In this document: piece after piece, positions 1 through 9,383 of the stretch | Position numbering within the stretch: position 1 is the stretch's first letter | Layout: the number at the start of each line of letters is the position of its first letter | IMG/VR virus record: IMGVR_UViG_2061766007_000145 | Origin: an uncultured virus (IMG/VR IMGVR_UViG_2061766007_000145) | Taxonomy: Duplodnaviria > Heunggongvirae > Uroviricota > Caudoviricetes | DNA length: 64,000 nt | Direction: 5' to 3' (one strand) | Program-made: the position numbers and the translations under genes | The notes under the pieces: model-generated | What the model was told of the DNA's origin: nothing | Database searches by the model: none | The model's input: the letters and a program-made list of their open reading frames with translations, nothing else

Positions 1-185
1 CCTGCGTCTACCATGCCCTCGCTGAGTATGTATGCTATTACAGCGCCACCAGCCATGATGATTGCTGCTACCTGAGAAGCAGTGTTTTCAGTCGCCCCGA
101 ACGCAAGAAGTGTGGGTGTGACAAATCCAACCAATGCAGCCCAAAACTTGCGGCTTGACAGTTTTGCTTTCCAATCAATCTTCAT
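1..185 (-). CDS. Phage holin (runs off the left edge)
   Basis: Not in the ORF track. Read by hand from ATG at 185: MKIDWKAKLSSRKFWAALVGFVTPTLLAFGATENTASQVAAIIMAGGAVIAYILSEGMVDA. The W..KL.SRKFW start and two hydrophobic helices are typical of Firmicutes phage holins, and it sits in the lysis module. Confidence 0.8.
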   Translation of the reverse strand, partial: MKIDWKAKLSSRKFWAALVGFVTPTLLAFGATENTASQVAAIIMAGGAVIAYILSEGMVDA

Positions 186-426
186 GTTTACCACTCCTTT
201 CAAGGTTGTCAATTCTATGATTGGCAACCTTTATTTTTTCCGCTTGCAGTTCAACTTCCTTTTCTAGCCTGTATGTCCTCTCAATCACTGCATTGTGCTT
301 GTCCTGCTTTTTTTCGAGTTGCTCTATGCGGTAGGCGGTCAGTTTGCTGTTGACAAAAATGCCACCGAAAGTGCCTAGTGCACTCCCCAGCAGCGTAATA
401 AGAGATATAATGATTTCCGTAGCCAT
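175..426 (-). CDS. Holin-like / XhlA-like small membrane protein
   Basis: N-terminal TM helix, then YRIEQLEKKQDKHNAVIERTYRLE...KVANHRIDNLE, a motif common in Clostridia phage lysis cassettes. Confidence 0.7.
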   Translation of the reverse strand: MATEIIISLITLLGSALGTFGGIFVNSKLTAYRIEQLEKKQDKHNAVIERTYRLEKEVELQAEKIKVANHRIDNLERSGKHED

Positions 427-428
427 TT

Positions 429-1232
429 CTACCTCACCGCCCTTTTCAAAGCCGCCCGCGTCTTGACACCCACGATCCCATCCTGCGTCAGTTTTTTCGT
501 CATCTGGAATTTTAGCACCGCTGCCCGCGTCTTAACGCCGAAGCCGCCGTCCACTGCCAGCTTGTCGCCGGCAATGCCAGAAAAATTCAGATGCCACTGC
601 ACCCAGCGCACGCCGTTTCCCTTTGAGCCGCGCCGTAAGTCCCTGGACGGTTCGGCATAAGGGCATTTGGGAATGGTCTTGGGTTTGGGCGCGGGCTGTA
701 CTTCCACCGTCAATTTGGACGCATAATCCGGCAGGCCGAAGCCACGGATATATCTTCCGCTTACATTTACAAATCTTGTTTCAACGGCATTGTTTTTGTT
801 GCCCTCGACCACGGTGATCACCCTGCCGGAAACGCCGGTCACAATCCCGACATGCTCCGGGCTGCCTGTGTTGTCGGTGGTCGCGAAATCCTTCCCATCG
901 TCCCAATCGTAGAAGATCACATCGCCGGGCTTCGGTGTGTAATCATCCTTCTCCTGCCAGCGTCCGAGTTTTTTGTAAGCGGCAATCATGTACCCGCAGC
1001 CGCATTCGGGCGGCATGATGTCCGTCAGTCCGCATTCAATGGCGATGGCTGACACGAATGTCGCGCACCAGGCGGCGGTGTAGGTCATCCTGTGATTCCT
1101 GGGCAGCGGCTTGAAGGAATTGTAGCGGTCGATAAATTGCCTGTGACTGCCGTCCTGCTCCTTGCGGCCGAGGTATTTCTTCGCGGTTGCGACTACCTTC
1201 TGCCTGATTTCGGATTCTGTCATTTTTATCAC
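429..1232 (-). CDS. Endolysin: CHAP amidase plus C-terminal peptidoglycan-binding domain
   Basis: AWCATFVS (Cys), EHVGIV (His) and VEGN mark CHAP. LRRGSKG..VRWVQ..L...DGGFG.KT.AAV.FQ...L.QDGIVG marks PG_binding_1. Confidence 0.9.
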   Translation of the reverse strand: MIKMTESEIRQKVVATAKKYLGRKEQDGSHRQFIDRYNSFKPLPRNHRMTYTAAWCATFVSAIAIECGLTDIMPPECGCGYMIAAYKKLGRWQEKDDYTPKPGDVIFYDWDDGKDFATTDNTGSPEHVGIVTGVSGRVITVVEGNKNNAVETRFVNVSGRYIRGFGLPDYASKLTVEVQPAPKPKTIPKCPYAEPSRDLRRGSKGNGVRWVQWHLNFSGIAGDKLAVDGGFGVKTRAAVLKFQMTKKLTQDGIVGVKTRAALKRAVR

Positions 1233-1241
1233 CTCATTATT

Positions 1242-1922
1242 TTATAAATTTGATGGTAGTGTGATACCATATAGAGAAGCCCAAGCCTGTAATTTGCTCA
1301 ATTTGATATCAAACGTAATGCCAACTTTTCCCCATTTCATGTCAGTCTTTACGCTACTATTTCTAGTAGCGCATATTATTAAGAAGCATGAATCAGAGTC
1401 TACCGAAAAATCTCCGTATTTCGCGCTACTGCTACTATATATATAGTGCGAACTCCAATGCGAGAGATTTTTATAGTAGTTTGTACTGCTGTTTGCCCAC
1501 GCGTAATCGTCTCTATCGGTTGTAGAGATGATTGATATATCATTTATATCATGTCCGCCTGTGTGAAGAATCCTGTCAACATGAATACTCGTAATATGCA
1601 CGTTTTCAAAATGTTCAGGAAGCAGGATTCTGAGTTGGCTACCACTGCTAGTACTACTGATGTTGCCGGATTTCATCTGTAACTTGCTATCAGTATTACT
1701 AAACGGATAATTGATTTTGCCAGATGTTATAGCAGACGGTGGGTTAGTTACAACAGAAAACCCTAAAAGATTATCATCTGTCATATAAATTGAATCGGCA
1801 TAAGGAAAGGTAAATGATACCATCCGGTCGACCAATTCAATATCATTGTACTTGCAACTAGACAGTGTATCTTCATTGTACTTTATTAAGATCTCACTCT
1901 CATTATAAAATAACATACCCAC
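1242..1922 (-). CDS. Hypothetical protein, AT-rich, next to the tail fibre
   Basis: 226-aa ORF between the fibre and the endolysin; no recognised motif. Confidence 0.55.
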   Translation of the reverse strand: MGMLFYNESEILIKYNEDTLSSCKYNDIELVDRMVSFTFPYADSIYMTDDNLLGFSVVTNPPSAITSGKINYPFSNTDSKLQMKSGNISSTSSGSQLRILLPEHFENVHITSIHVDRILHTGGHDINDISIISTTDRDDYAWANSSTNYYKNLSHWSSHYIYSSSSAKYGDFSVDSDSCFLIICATRNSSVKTDMKWGKVGITFDIKLSKLQAWASLYGITLPSNL

Positions 1923-1928
1923 ACCACC

Positions 1929-4900
1929 TTATTTGTATCCTACCACTTTATAAATTTTAAAACTGCTAGAAGAAGATGTTACAATTTCCAATGTGGTGGC
2001 ATTGGTTAAAGTTGCTGTTCCAGCTATAAAGGAAAGAGATGCAGAACCGGAATTAAATGTCCAACTTAATAATTGGATCGCATCAGATGTTCCACTTGCA
2101 GGAGTTGTTATTCTACCTTTTGCGCACGCCTCACCGTCTGCTTGTTTATAGTATATTTCTACAAAATTATAATTAGCAGCGCTTGTTGTAAGAGTTATTG
2201 TTCCATTATTAGCAACATCGGTTCCGCTTGCATTAGTATATAGGTCTGCACGAGTACTAAATGTAGTACCAGATAATGCTAAACCAGTTCCTGCTGAATA
2301 AGTGGTATTCGGTGCTGTAGTAAAAATAAAACTATTACCTCCAGCAGTTAATGCATATTTAGTACTTGCTGCCAAAGTTAATGCATTAGTTCCAGATGAG
2401 TTCGCAATTGATGTGGTGTGAGTGTGATTACCCGCGGCAGCAGTGGTGGAAGTAGTACCAATTGCAAGATTTGATTTATTATTCCAAGCATATTTCTCAC
2501 CGGTAGTACAGAGAGAAACATCCGTACCGCCCGAAGCTGCCGTTTTTGAAGAATAGGTGGTATTGGTATCGGTAAATTTTGGTGATGACCCCACTGTTAC
2601 CCCATTGATCTGTGTGACCTGCAAGTTGCCGGTCGAAGGATTGAATTTCAGATTGCTGTTTTTCCTTGCGCCCTCTGTTCTGGTGGTGTTGTCAGCGGTT
2701 GCGGAAAACAACACTTCATAATCCGCGCTTGCAGTGGTTGCGGTCTGCGCCACGGCATTGTTGGTATCGGGATTGGCAGGCATGGTCATGGTAGTCGTGC
2801 CTTTTGCCGTAATGTGACCCTGTGCATCATAAGTGATTGTAGGTACGGTGAATGTCCCACCAAATGTAAGGGTCTTAGACGCGTCGCCCTGCGCTGTTCC
2901 TGCCGTTACCGAATTTGAATGATTGAACGTAGTGCCGGATAATGAAAGCCCCGTGCCGGCAGAGTAGGTGGTGTTAGTATTTGGGTTGGCTGGCATCTTA
3001 ATAGAATCTACTGCGACACCAACTACGTGTCCCTTAACATCTCTTTTAATATCAACTCCGGTTACCAGTGAAGTGCTGTTCCAAGTGGCTGATGTTGAAC
3101 TGGAAGCATCCGCTGATAATACCGCCGAAGTGTCCTCTGCCGGAGCATAATGATTCCCCACAGAAGTAACTTTTGTGTCGGTGTTTGGATTAGCAGGTAT
3201 CTTCCCGGAAGTGACAGACATTCCGGTGACATGCCCTTTCCCATCCGTGTTCAATGTTACGCCTTTGACTACATCAATACTCCAAGCTGCCGTCGCGCCT
3301 GTCGCGGATGCAGATACATCGGATCCGGAAACAGTAGTCGGCGCGTAGTGATTCGCTGCTGATGTCACCTTTGTGTCTGTGTTTGTGACCGTTTCCGTCG
3401 CACTTGCAACACCAGTTACATGACCGTAATCGTCCAACGTAATATTCTGAATATACGTGCGCCCAGAATTATTGACAGATGTCTGTGAGCTTGTATCTGC
3501 GTGAGAAATGGTCGTTCCCAACAGAGAAATCCCTGTGCCTGCTGTCAATGCGTCCTGCTTTGCGTTTAATGCTGCCTGTGTTGCGGTTGAAATAGGCTTG
3601 TTTGCGTCGGAAGTATTATTGACGTTGCCAAGCCCGATATTAGCCGGTGAAATATTAATATCTCCCGTTCTGTAATCGTTCTCAGCGTTGCCCTTCACGC
3701 CTGTGACGGTGTTGACTTGCGCCCCAGCGGAGATACCTGCGAGCTTTGTCTTTTCATCTGTAGTGTAATTGTTGTCGGTGTGAACATAAGAAGCATCCTG
3801 CACCAGATCTTCAGGCTTGTTTTTTATAAAGTCATCAGCAGTCGTAACAGTCTGATTCCAGTCGGATTGCACATTGACCTCTGCACCGCTTTCAATACCA
3901 TCTAACTTACTTTTTAGCGAGTCGGTAAAATCATTTTCGGAAAGCCCCCTATCAGGGTCAACACTGACACTTCCACTTTGCAGTTCATTGATTGCCGCAA
4001 CAAGATTGCTTTTTTCGGATGTGTTAAGACTTGCCAATACACCAATAGCGGCATGATCGGCAGTACCCCAGTCTCCTCGGTAGGCGGTTGAATCAGTTGA
4101 GCCGAGCGCCAATGAAGGAGACACTTCGGCAAAAACTGAGCCACTCCAACGGTATGACAGATTGGTGTTGACATCAACATAAATTTTGTTTGATTGTCCC
4201 TGAATTTCAGTCTGATGCTGTGCGTCTGCATAAAATTTATGAGTTGTCTCACTGTCGTAATAACCGTCAATAACGTCACTGACGAAAGACGGTAACTGAC
4301 TGACAGGGACATGACCATATTCGTCAAGCTCTGCTACACCGCCAGCCGTGCCTTTTTCAGTTGACTGAATAGCCCCATCCGCCTTTGCTTTTTCTGCGTT
4401 TGTAAAATTATTGTCAGTATGCACATAACTTGCATCCTGCACCAGATTGGCAGGTTTGTTTTTGATAAAATCATCAGCATTGGAATTATTCTGTTCCCAG
4501 TCTAACTGTACATTGACCTGCGCTCCGGCTTCAATGCCGTTTAGCTTTGTGTGTTCGTCAGCGGTCATCAGACTTTTGTTGGTTTCTTTGTCAACTTTTC
4601 CCGCAAGAGCGGTTTCCGTCGCAGTGGAAATTGGCTTATCTGCGTCGCTTGTGTTATCCACATTATCAATACCGAGAGCGGATTTTGTTACATTTGCCGC
4701 CAGCGCATACACTGACAAATCAGGCTTATGCAATATCTGCGCGTCACCGCTTTCGGCGTTCCAGTCTGCATTGACATTCTGTTCTGCCGCGTCCCATGCC
4801 TGAATTTTTGCGGCTGTAATGCTGTCAAGTTTAGTCTTGTCCGCCGTAGACATAAGCCCGTGCGCCTGCTGTGTTGCGTCTGAGTAAGTGGTGTCAATTG

Positions 4901-5303
4901 CGGAAATTGTCAATTCGCCGTTGATAGTTTCAATACTGATGTTGTCTCCTGCCGTCAGTGCGTCTTGCTTTTCTGCAAGCGCCGCAGTCGTGACAAAATC
5001 GCTCACATCGGGAATATCTGTGCTGTCGGCTTTGCCGTCAAGCGCATTGTCAATGTCAGTCTTATTATAATACCCTGACAGTTCATCGGATAATTCCTGT
5101 TCTGTGACAATATCGGCATCATGGCTATTTAAATATGCTTCAATTGCAGCATCAATCTGTTCCGGTGATACCGAGCCGCCGTCAATCTCTTCGATGATTT
5201 TTTTCAAATATTGTTCTTGTCGTGTGATAGGCGCGGGGAGTTCGCCGTCATACTCGCCCGCCGCCGCCGCAAAAAAACGCTCACTTCGTGTAATCGCGTC
5301 CAT
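1929..5303 (-). CDS. Long tail fibre / adhesin with internal repeats
   Basis: The true start is probably ATG 5303 (GGAGG RBS; the upstream gene stops at 5305). Fibre motifs include LG.GNVNNTSDANKPISTAT, DK.KL.GI..GA.VNVQ.DW, D.YGHVTG and NTTYSAGTGL.LSGTTF. Confidence 0.8.
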   Translation of the reverse strand: MDAITRSERFFAAAAGEYDGELPAPITRQEQYLKKIIEEIDGGSVSPEQIDAAIEAYLNSHDADIVTEQELSDELSGYYNKTDIDNALDGKADSTDIPDVSDFVTTAALAEKQDALTAGDNISIETINGELTISAIDTTYSDATQQAHGLMSTADKTKLDSITAAKIQAWDAAEQNVNADWNAESGDAQILHKPDLSVYALAANVTKSALGIDNVDNTSDADKPISTATETALAGKVDKETNKSLMTADEHTKLNGIEAGAQVNVQLDWEQNNSNADDFIKNKPANLVQDASYVHTDNNFTNAEKAKADGAIQSTEKGTAGGVAELDEYGHVPVSQLPSFVSDVIDGYYDSETTHKFYADAQHQTEIQGQSNKIYVDVNTNLSYRWSGSVFAEVSPSLALGSTDSTAYRGDWGTADHAAIGVLASLNTSEKSNLVAAINELQSGSVSVDPDRGLSENDFTDSLKSKLDGIESGAEVNVQSDWNQTVTTADDFIKNKPEDLVQDASYVHTDNNYTTDEKTKLAGISAGAQVNTVTGVKGNAENDYRTGDINISPANIGLGNVNNTSDANKPISTATQAALNAKQDALTAGTGISLLGTTISHADTSSQTSVNNSGRTYIQNITLDDYGHVTGVASATETVTNTDTKVTSAANHYAPTTVSGSDVSASATGATAAWSIDVVKGVTLNTDGKGHVTGMSVTSGKIPANPNTDTKVTSVGNHYAPAEDTSAVLSADASSSTSATWNSTSLVTGVDIKRDVKGHVVGVAVDSIKMPANPNTNTTYSAGTGLSLSGTTFNHSNSVTAGTAQGDASKTLTFGGTFTVPTITYDAQGHITAKGTTTMTMPANPDTNNAVAQTATTASADYEVLFSATADNTTRTEGARKNSNLKFNPSTGNLQVTQINGVTVGSSPKFTDTNTTYSSKTAASGGTDVSLCTTGEKYAWNNKSNLAIGTTSTTAAAGNHTHTTSIANSSGTNALTLAASTKYALTAGGNSFIFTTAPNTTYSAGTGLALSGTTFSTRADLYTNASGTDVANNGTITLTTSAANYNFVEIYYKQADGEACAKGRITTPASGTSDAIQLLSWTFNSGSASLSFIAGTATLTNATTLEIVTSSSSSFKIYKVVGYK

Positions 5304-5304
5304 A

Positions 5305-6966
5305 TTATACCTCCTTTGTAAGATGATACAATATCCGGTTGTAATAGGCGTCGGCGATATGCAGATAACCGTACACCGACGGATGGACGTTGTTGGTCTG
5401 GACGGTGATCTGTTTCGGATTTCTCGCGGAGACGGCCATTTCCGTTGTGCCGAAATCGTTCTCCGTGTCAAGGAATAAATACGGCGCCGAAATGTCCACG
5501 TTGGCCTTGTCCATGAATTTGTCCATGCAGGCGGTTCTCAAATCGAAAGCAGCGCTCTCAAACTGCGCCTTTGTAGACGAACCGGCATAATACCCCCAGC
5601 CCGCCTGAGAAGCCGACGGTGTGATTAATGACACAAGCACGATAATGTTGGCGTCATACTCATGGACAGAGGCGACCATCTCTTCCAGAGCAGGCACGGT
5701 ATTGGCGTTGGAAACGCCGTTGGTTCCCAGATTGATGCATACCACGTCCACTCCGGTGTAGCCGTTCTGGGACATATACCATGAGAAATTGAACTTCGAC
5801 CCATCCCAAAAAGCGTTTGGCACATCGGTTTTGTAGTTCGGCACAGAGCGTGTGTAGTCATACGCAGCCCAACCGCTTCTGCCCTCGTGATGGACGGTGA
5901 GCTGTGTGCCGTCAATGGTCACAGTATCGCTGCGGGTGCCGATTGACACGATACCGCCGCCGGAGAGATTGTGCTGGATTTCAGCGGGATAAATTCCTGC
6001 GTCCGTCAGGCTGTCGCCGATAAACAAAACCTTTTTGTTTGTAACCGCTGTATCGGCTATAACAACAATCTCCATTGTCTTTTGCACAATCGTCGCGGTT
6101 TTCTTTTTGTCCCTGATTCTGAAAGTCAGGGTGTGCGTGCCGAGCGCGTCCGAGGTAGGTGTGAAGCGTAGGAAGTTGCCGTAGTTTTTGAATCCGCTGA
6201 TAGCAGGGGAAACCGAAGCGTAAAGCTCGTAGCTGTCAATATCGGACGTTCTGACAATGTTCTTCCAATAGATATTGAATTCATGCCCGACCACGGCAAT
6301 GGCTTTGGAAGGAACCACCATCTCCGGCGTTTCGATACGGCTTTCCAACTCCGTAACATCTTCTTCCAGCTCAGCAGCTCTTTCCTCTATATCGGCGATA
6401 TCAGCTTTCATCCCCGTTTCTTCACCGTTGTCAATACATACCCATGAATAATCAGAAACGGAATTCATCCGGCAAAAATACAGACTGTCAACCGTCGGAT
6501 AGGCTGTCAGCAATGCGCTCACATCAATCTCGCAGCAGTCGCTTTTTACGGTGTACCATGCGTTGGACTGCTGATAGGCTGATCTGTTGATGATGGCTTT
6601 CACTTTGTTGTCAGCATCCACCGCGCAGACAAAAAACATGCTTAACTGACCGGATGGCTCAACATACAGTTGAGTTGTTCTGATTACGTCAAAACGCGAA
6701 ATGTTTTCGATTTTGATATGCTGGCAGTAATTATTGCTGTTGATATTAGGTTCTTTTGTGGTAGTGTCGTAGCTTGAGATATTGCCGGTTTCCCAAGAAG
6801 AAAAATCCTCTATGGGTTTCGCTGCGGGAACAGCGATTCCGATAATGTCGGTCAATTCGGAAATCTGCCCTCTCACCTCGTCTGCGCTCTCTGCCATCGT
6901 TTCTTCCAATTTTTCGCGCAAATATTTTGCCATATCGTAAGTTATAAGTTCATTCCCTGTTGGCAT
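5305..6966 (-). CDS. SGNH/GDSL hydrolase-domain virion protein
   Basis: FIGDSLT (block I), EGRSGW (block II), NLGTN (block III), NVHPSVYG (block V). Confidence 0.85.
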   Translation of the reverse strand: MPTGNELITYDMAKYLREKLEETMAESADEVRGQISELTDIIGIAVPAAKPIEDFSSWETGNISSYDTTTKEPNINSNNYCQHIKIENISRFDVIRTTQLYVEPSGQLSMFFVCAVDADNKVKAIINRSAYQQSNAWYTVKSDCCEIDVSALLTAYPTVDSLYFCRMNSVSDYSWVCIDNGEETGMKADIADIEERAAELEEDVTELESRIETPEMVVPSKAIAVVGHEFNIYWKNIVRTSDIDSYELYASVSPAISGFKNYGNFLRFTPTSDALGTHTLTFRIRDKKKTATIVQKTMEIVVIADTAVTNKKVLFIGDSLTDAGIYPAEIQHNLSGGGIVSIGTRSDTVTIDGTQLTVHHEGRSGWAAYDYTRSVPNYKTDVPNAFWDGSKFNFSWYMSQNGYTGVDVVCINLGTNGVSNANTVPALEEMVASVHEYDANIIVLVSLITPSASQAGWGYYAGSSTKAQFESAAFDLRTACMDKFMDKANVDISAPYLFLDTENDFGTTEMAVSARNPKQITVQTNNVHPSVYGYLHIADAYYNRILYHLTKEV

Positions 6967-6968
6967 AA

Positions 6969-9326
6969 TTATTCCCCCATTACATAAGATTTAAATTCGT
7001 CAAAACCCACAGCGTCATTCAGCTCATTGTCAATAAAATTACATCTCATTCTGTACCAATTCATTATCCGCTCAAGTGTTTCGGTGGATGTGCCGGGCTT
7101 GAGGGGGTATTTCCGGTTATCCTCGTCGATGATCACCTGCGGAATCCTCACGCAGAAATTGTAGAGCGTCATGTAGACATTTTCCTCGGAGAGAATACCG
7201 TTTCTCAGCTCGTTGTAACGCGCGATCACATCCGCTTTGTGATTCTCCCAAAGAATCCGGAATAATCTTGAAGTGCCGGCCAGCCAAGTGAATGACGTTT
7301 TATTGTCGTCGTCACCGTTCGGAGCGTAATACTTGCCGCCCGTCCAGTAATTTCCCATGATGGAGTCGAGGTCGTAGGCATTTAAGAACCACTTGTCCCC
7401 GTCATAGGTGGTCAGAATGAAATTCTTGTCCACGCCGTCGGTGTTGGCAATGAGCGCGGAGAATATCATGTAGTCAATCGCCGTGCCAAAGTCGAGATAG
7501 TTCCACATGCGTGAGTCAAATGTGCTGACCATATCAAGCATAAGATTGATTGACGCCTTTACGTCATAGTCAGAGGCAGCGTCCGGTCTGTACTCGATTT
7601 CAAAATCCAGTGCTTTGTCGTTTGCGTCGGCAGCAAAATCGGTCGTTGTTCTGAATTTTGTTGGGTCGGAATGCTGCTCAGCCGTGACAATGTACTCGTT
7701 CGCGCCGGAACCCATGCCGAACGCCCAGATATCTTTCGGAATGTTCCATGTGTACAAGCCGAGGAATTTGCCGTTGAGCATGAGAATACACGGAAAACCG
7801 TCCATCGCACCGTTGTTGGGTGCGTTATGTGTAATCGCTGCGTGTGTGCCGCGATCCGCGACAATCTGCGACCAGAGCCGCGCCCCGCAGACGTTCAGGG
7901 CGTTGGAATTGTCCACATAGTTGGCTTTGAAGCAGTATTTCTTTTGACTGCCCCAGCCAACGTCCAAAGCGGAGTCAAATTTGATCGTGTAATTCTTTTT
8001 GGTGTACGCGATTGAACTGGAACCTTGCCATTTAACCGAGCAGGAGCCTGTCGTATTGCCGTATTGGTACGACAGTGTAACGGCGTTGCTTTTGGACATT
8101 TCTGCTGTGTTTCCGCTCAGATAGAGAATCGGCAAGCCGACCGTCAGATAGTCTGACGCGGCCGTTTCACTGTATTTCGTGATATCTGTTCCTTCGCACA
8201 GTTCCCAGCCGTAATTGTTCGCGGCTATAGTGTAGAACGTGTCGGCGTTCTGATCGTCCTGCGGATTGTTGGAAATAAACCGTCTGTAAACCGTCGCAGG
8301 GTCGGCGGATTTGACCGCCGTCTGCATAATCCACGAACCGTAGCGCGAATTGGTAACGATGTAATTGGCGTTGTTGGTCGGCAGGTCGTCCCAATTGAAG
8401 GGCGTGACATAGAAGGTGCCGTCCTTCTTGTATTCGTAGGCGTGCCGGTTGTAGGTCGCGGACTGCGCGTTGATTCCCTCGCGGCATTGTACAAAATTGT
8501 CACCGCCCTTGCGCCACGGGTAGCCGCCGGAAGGATGACCTCCGTTAGGCTCCGACATAGGCACTATTCTCCGATAGAACACATCGGGTGAATTCTCCTG
8601 AATCGCGGTCTGCGTCATCCAATTGTCACCGTAGCGCGTATTGGTAATGATAAAATTATTCTCCAAATCCGGCAAATCCCAGCGCCGAACGGTCGCTCCT
8701 CCGACCGAGTCAGTTTGAGTCGCGTAGAACGCTCCCTCTTTGGTGTATTCGAACAGGTGATAATGATAAGTCTGATACAGCGAATTAATACTTTCACCAT
8801 TGGCGCCAGTTCTGTATTGTGAACATTGATCGACCTGTACCCGCACAGCGTCACCAGCAGATGAGTATTGTGCTCCATTCCAGCCCACTCTAATATCTCT
8901 TAATTCCGTTCCAACATCGCCGCCGGTTCCGGCAGGCGACGCCATAAGAGTATTCATTCGACTGACTAGTTGATCATATAGCGTTGTACTAATTGATACG
9001 CTTTGTGCGTTTGCTACGAGTATGTTTTCGTCTATTGTTAGTATTAGGTAATTAGTAGTAGCTTTTATTTCTCCGCCTGTGCCATACAAAGTAAGCCAAC
9101 ACTCACCTTTTGTAATTTCAGCAGGAAGATAAACGCAATTATTCTCATCAAGGTAGGTATTGTATGTATTGCCATTTTGCTGAAATTGAGCAAAAACAGT
9201 TAATCCATCCCAATCTGAATCCAAGTTGAAAACAAATTTTACAAAATTTTGAGAGCCGGAGACAAACTCTTTTTTATTTGTAACAATTTTTAACCTTTGA
9301 CCGGTTACATCTATATATACCTTCAC
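6969..9326 (-). CDS. Baseplate upper protein (BppU-like N-terminus) fused to a CotH-like kinase domain
   Basis: N-terminus FVKFVFNLDSDWDGLTVFAQFQQ (BppU_N-like), linker ELRDIRVG..G..YSSAGDAVR, then QGSSS..Y.KKNY.IK, KANYVD, GLYTWN, D...KN and YDLD of CotH. Confidence 0.75.
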   Translation of the reverse strand: MKVYIDVTGQRLKIVTNKKEFVSGSQNFVKFVFNLDSDWDGLTVFAQFQQNGNTYNTYLDENNCVYLPAEITKGECWLTLYGTGGEIKATTNYLILTIDENILVANAQSVSISTTLYDQLVSRMNTLMASPAGTGGDVGTELRDIRVGWNGAQYSSAGDAVRVQVDQCSQYRTGANGESINSLYQTYHYHLFEYTKEGAFYATQTDSVGGATVRRWDLPDLENNFIITNTRYGDNWMTQTAIQENSPDVFYRRIVPMSEPNGGHPSGGYPWRKGGDNFVQCREGINAQSATYNRHAYEYKKDGTFYVTPFNWDDLPTNNANYIVTNSRYGSWIMQTAVKSADPATVYRRFISNNPQDDQNADTFYTIAANNYGWELCEGTDITKYSETAASDYLTVGLPILYLSGNTAEMSKSNAVTLSYQYGNTTGSCSVKWQGSSSIAYTKKNYTIKFDSALDVGWGSQKKYCFKANYVDNSNALNVCGARLWSQIVADRGTHAAITHNAPNNGAMDGFPCILMLNGKFLGLYTWNIPKDIWAFGMGSGANEYIVTAEQHSDPTKFRTTTDFAADANDKALDFEIEYRPDAASDYDVKASINLMLDMVSTFDSRMWNYLDFGTAIDYMIFSALIANTDGVDKNFILTTYDGDKWFLNAYDLDSIMGNYWTGGKYYAPNGDDDNKTSFTWLAGTSRLFRILWENHKADVIARYNELRNGILSEENVYMTLYNFCVRIPQVIIDEDNRKYPLKPGTSTETLERIMNWYRMRCNFIDNELNDAVGFDEFKSYVMGE

Positions 9327-9383
9327 ATAGTCTCTCCTTTCATATTTTTATATTCGTCCTTTAAATATCACTGTCTTGAGTAT

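Noticed and set aside
1929..9326. Diversity-generating retroelement acting on tail genes
   Set aside because: No reverse transcriptase in the window; the repeats are in-frame protein duplications and I saw no adenine-specific mismatch pattern.
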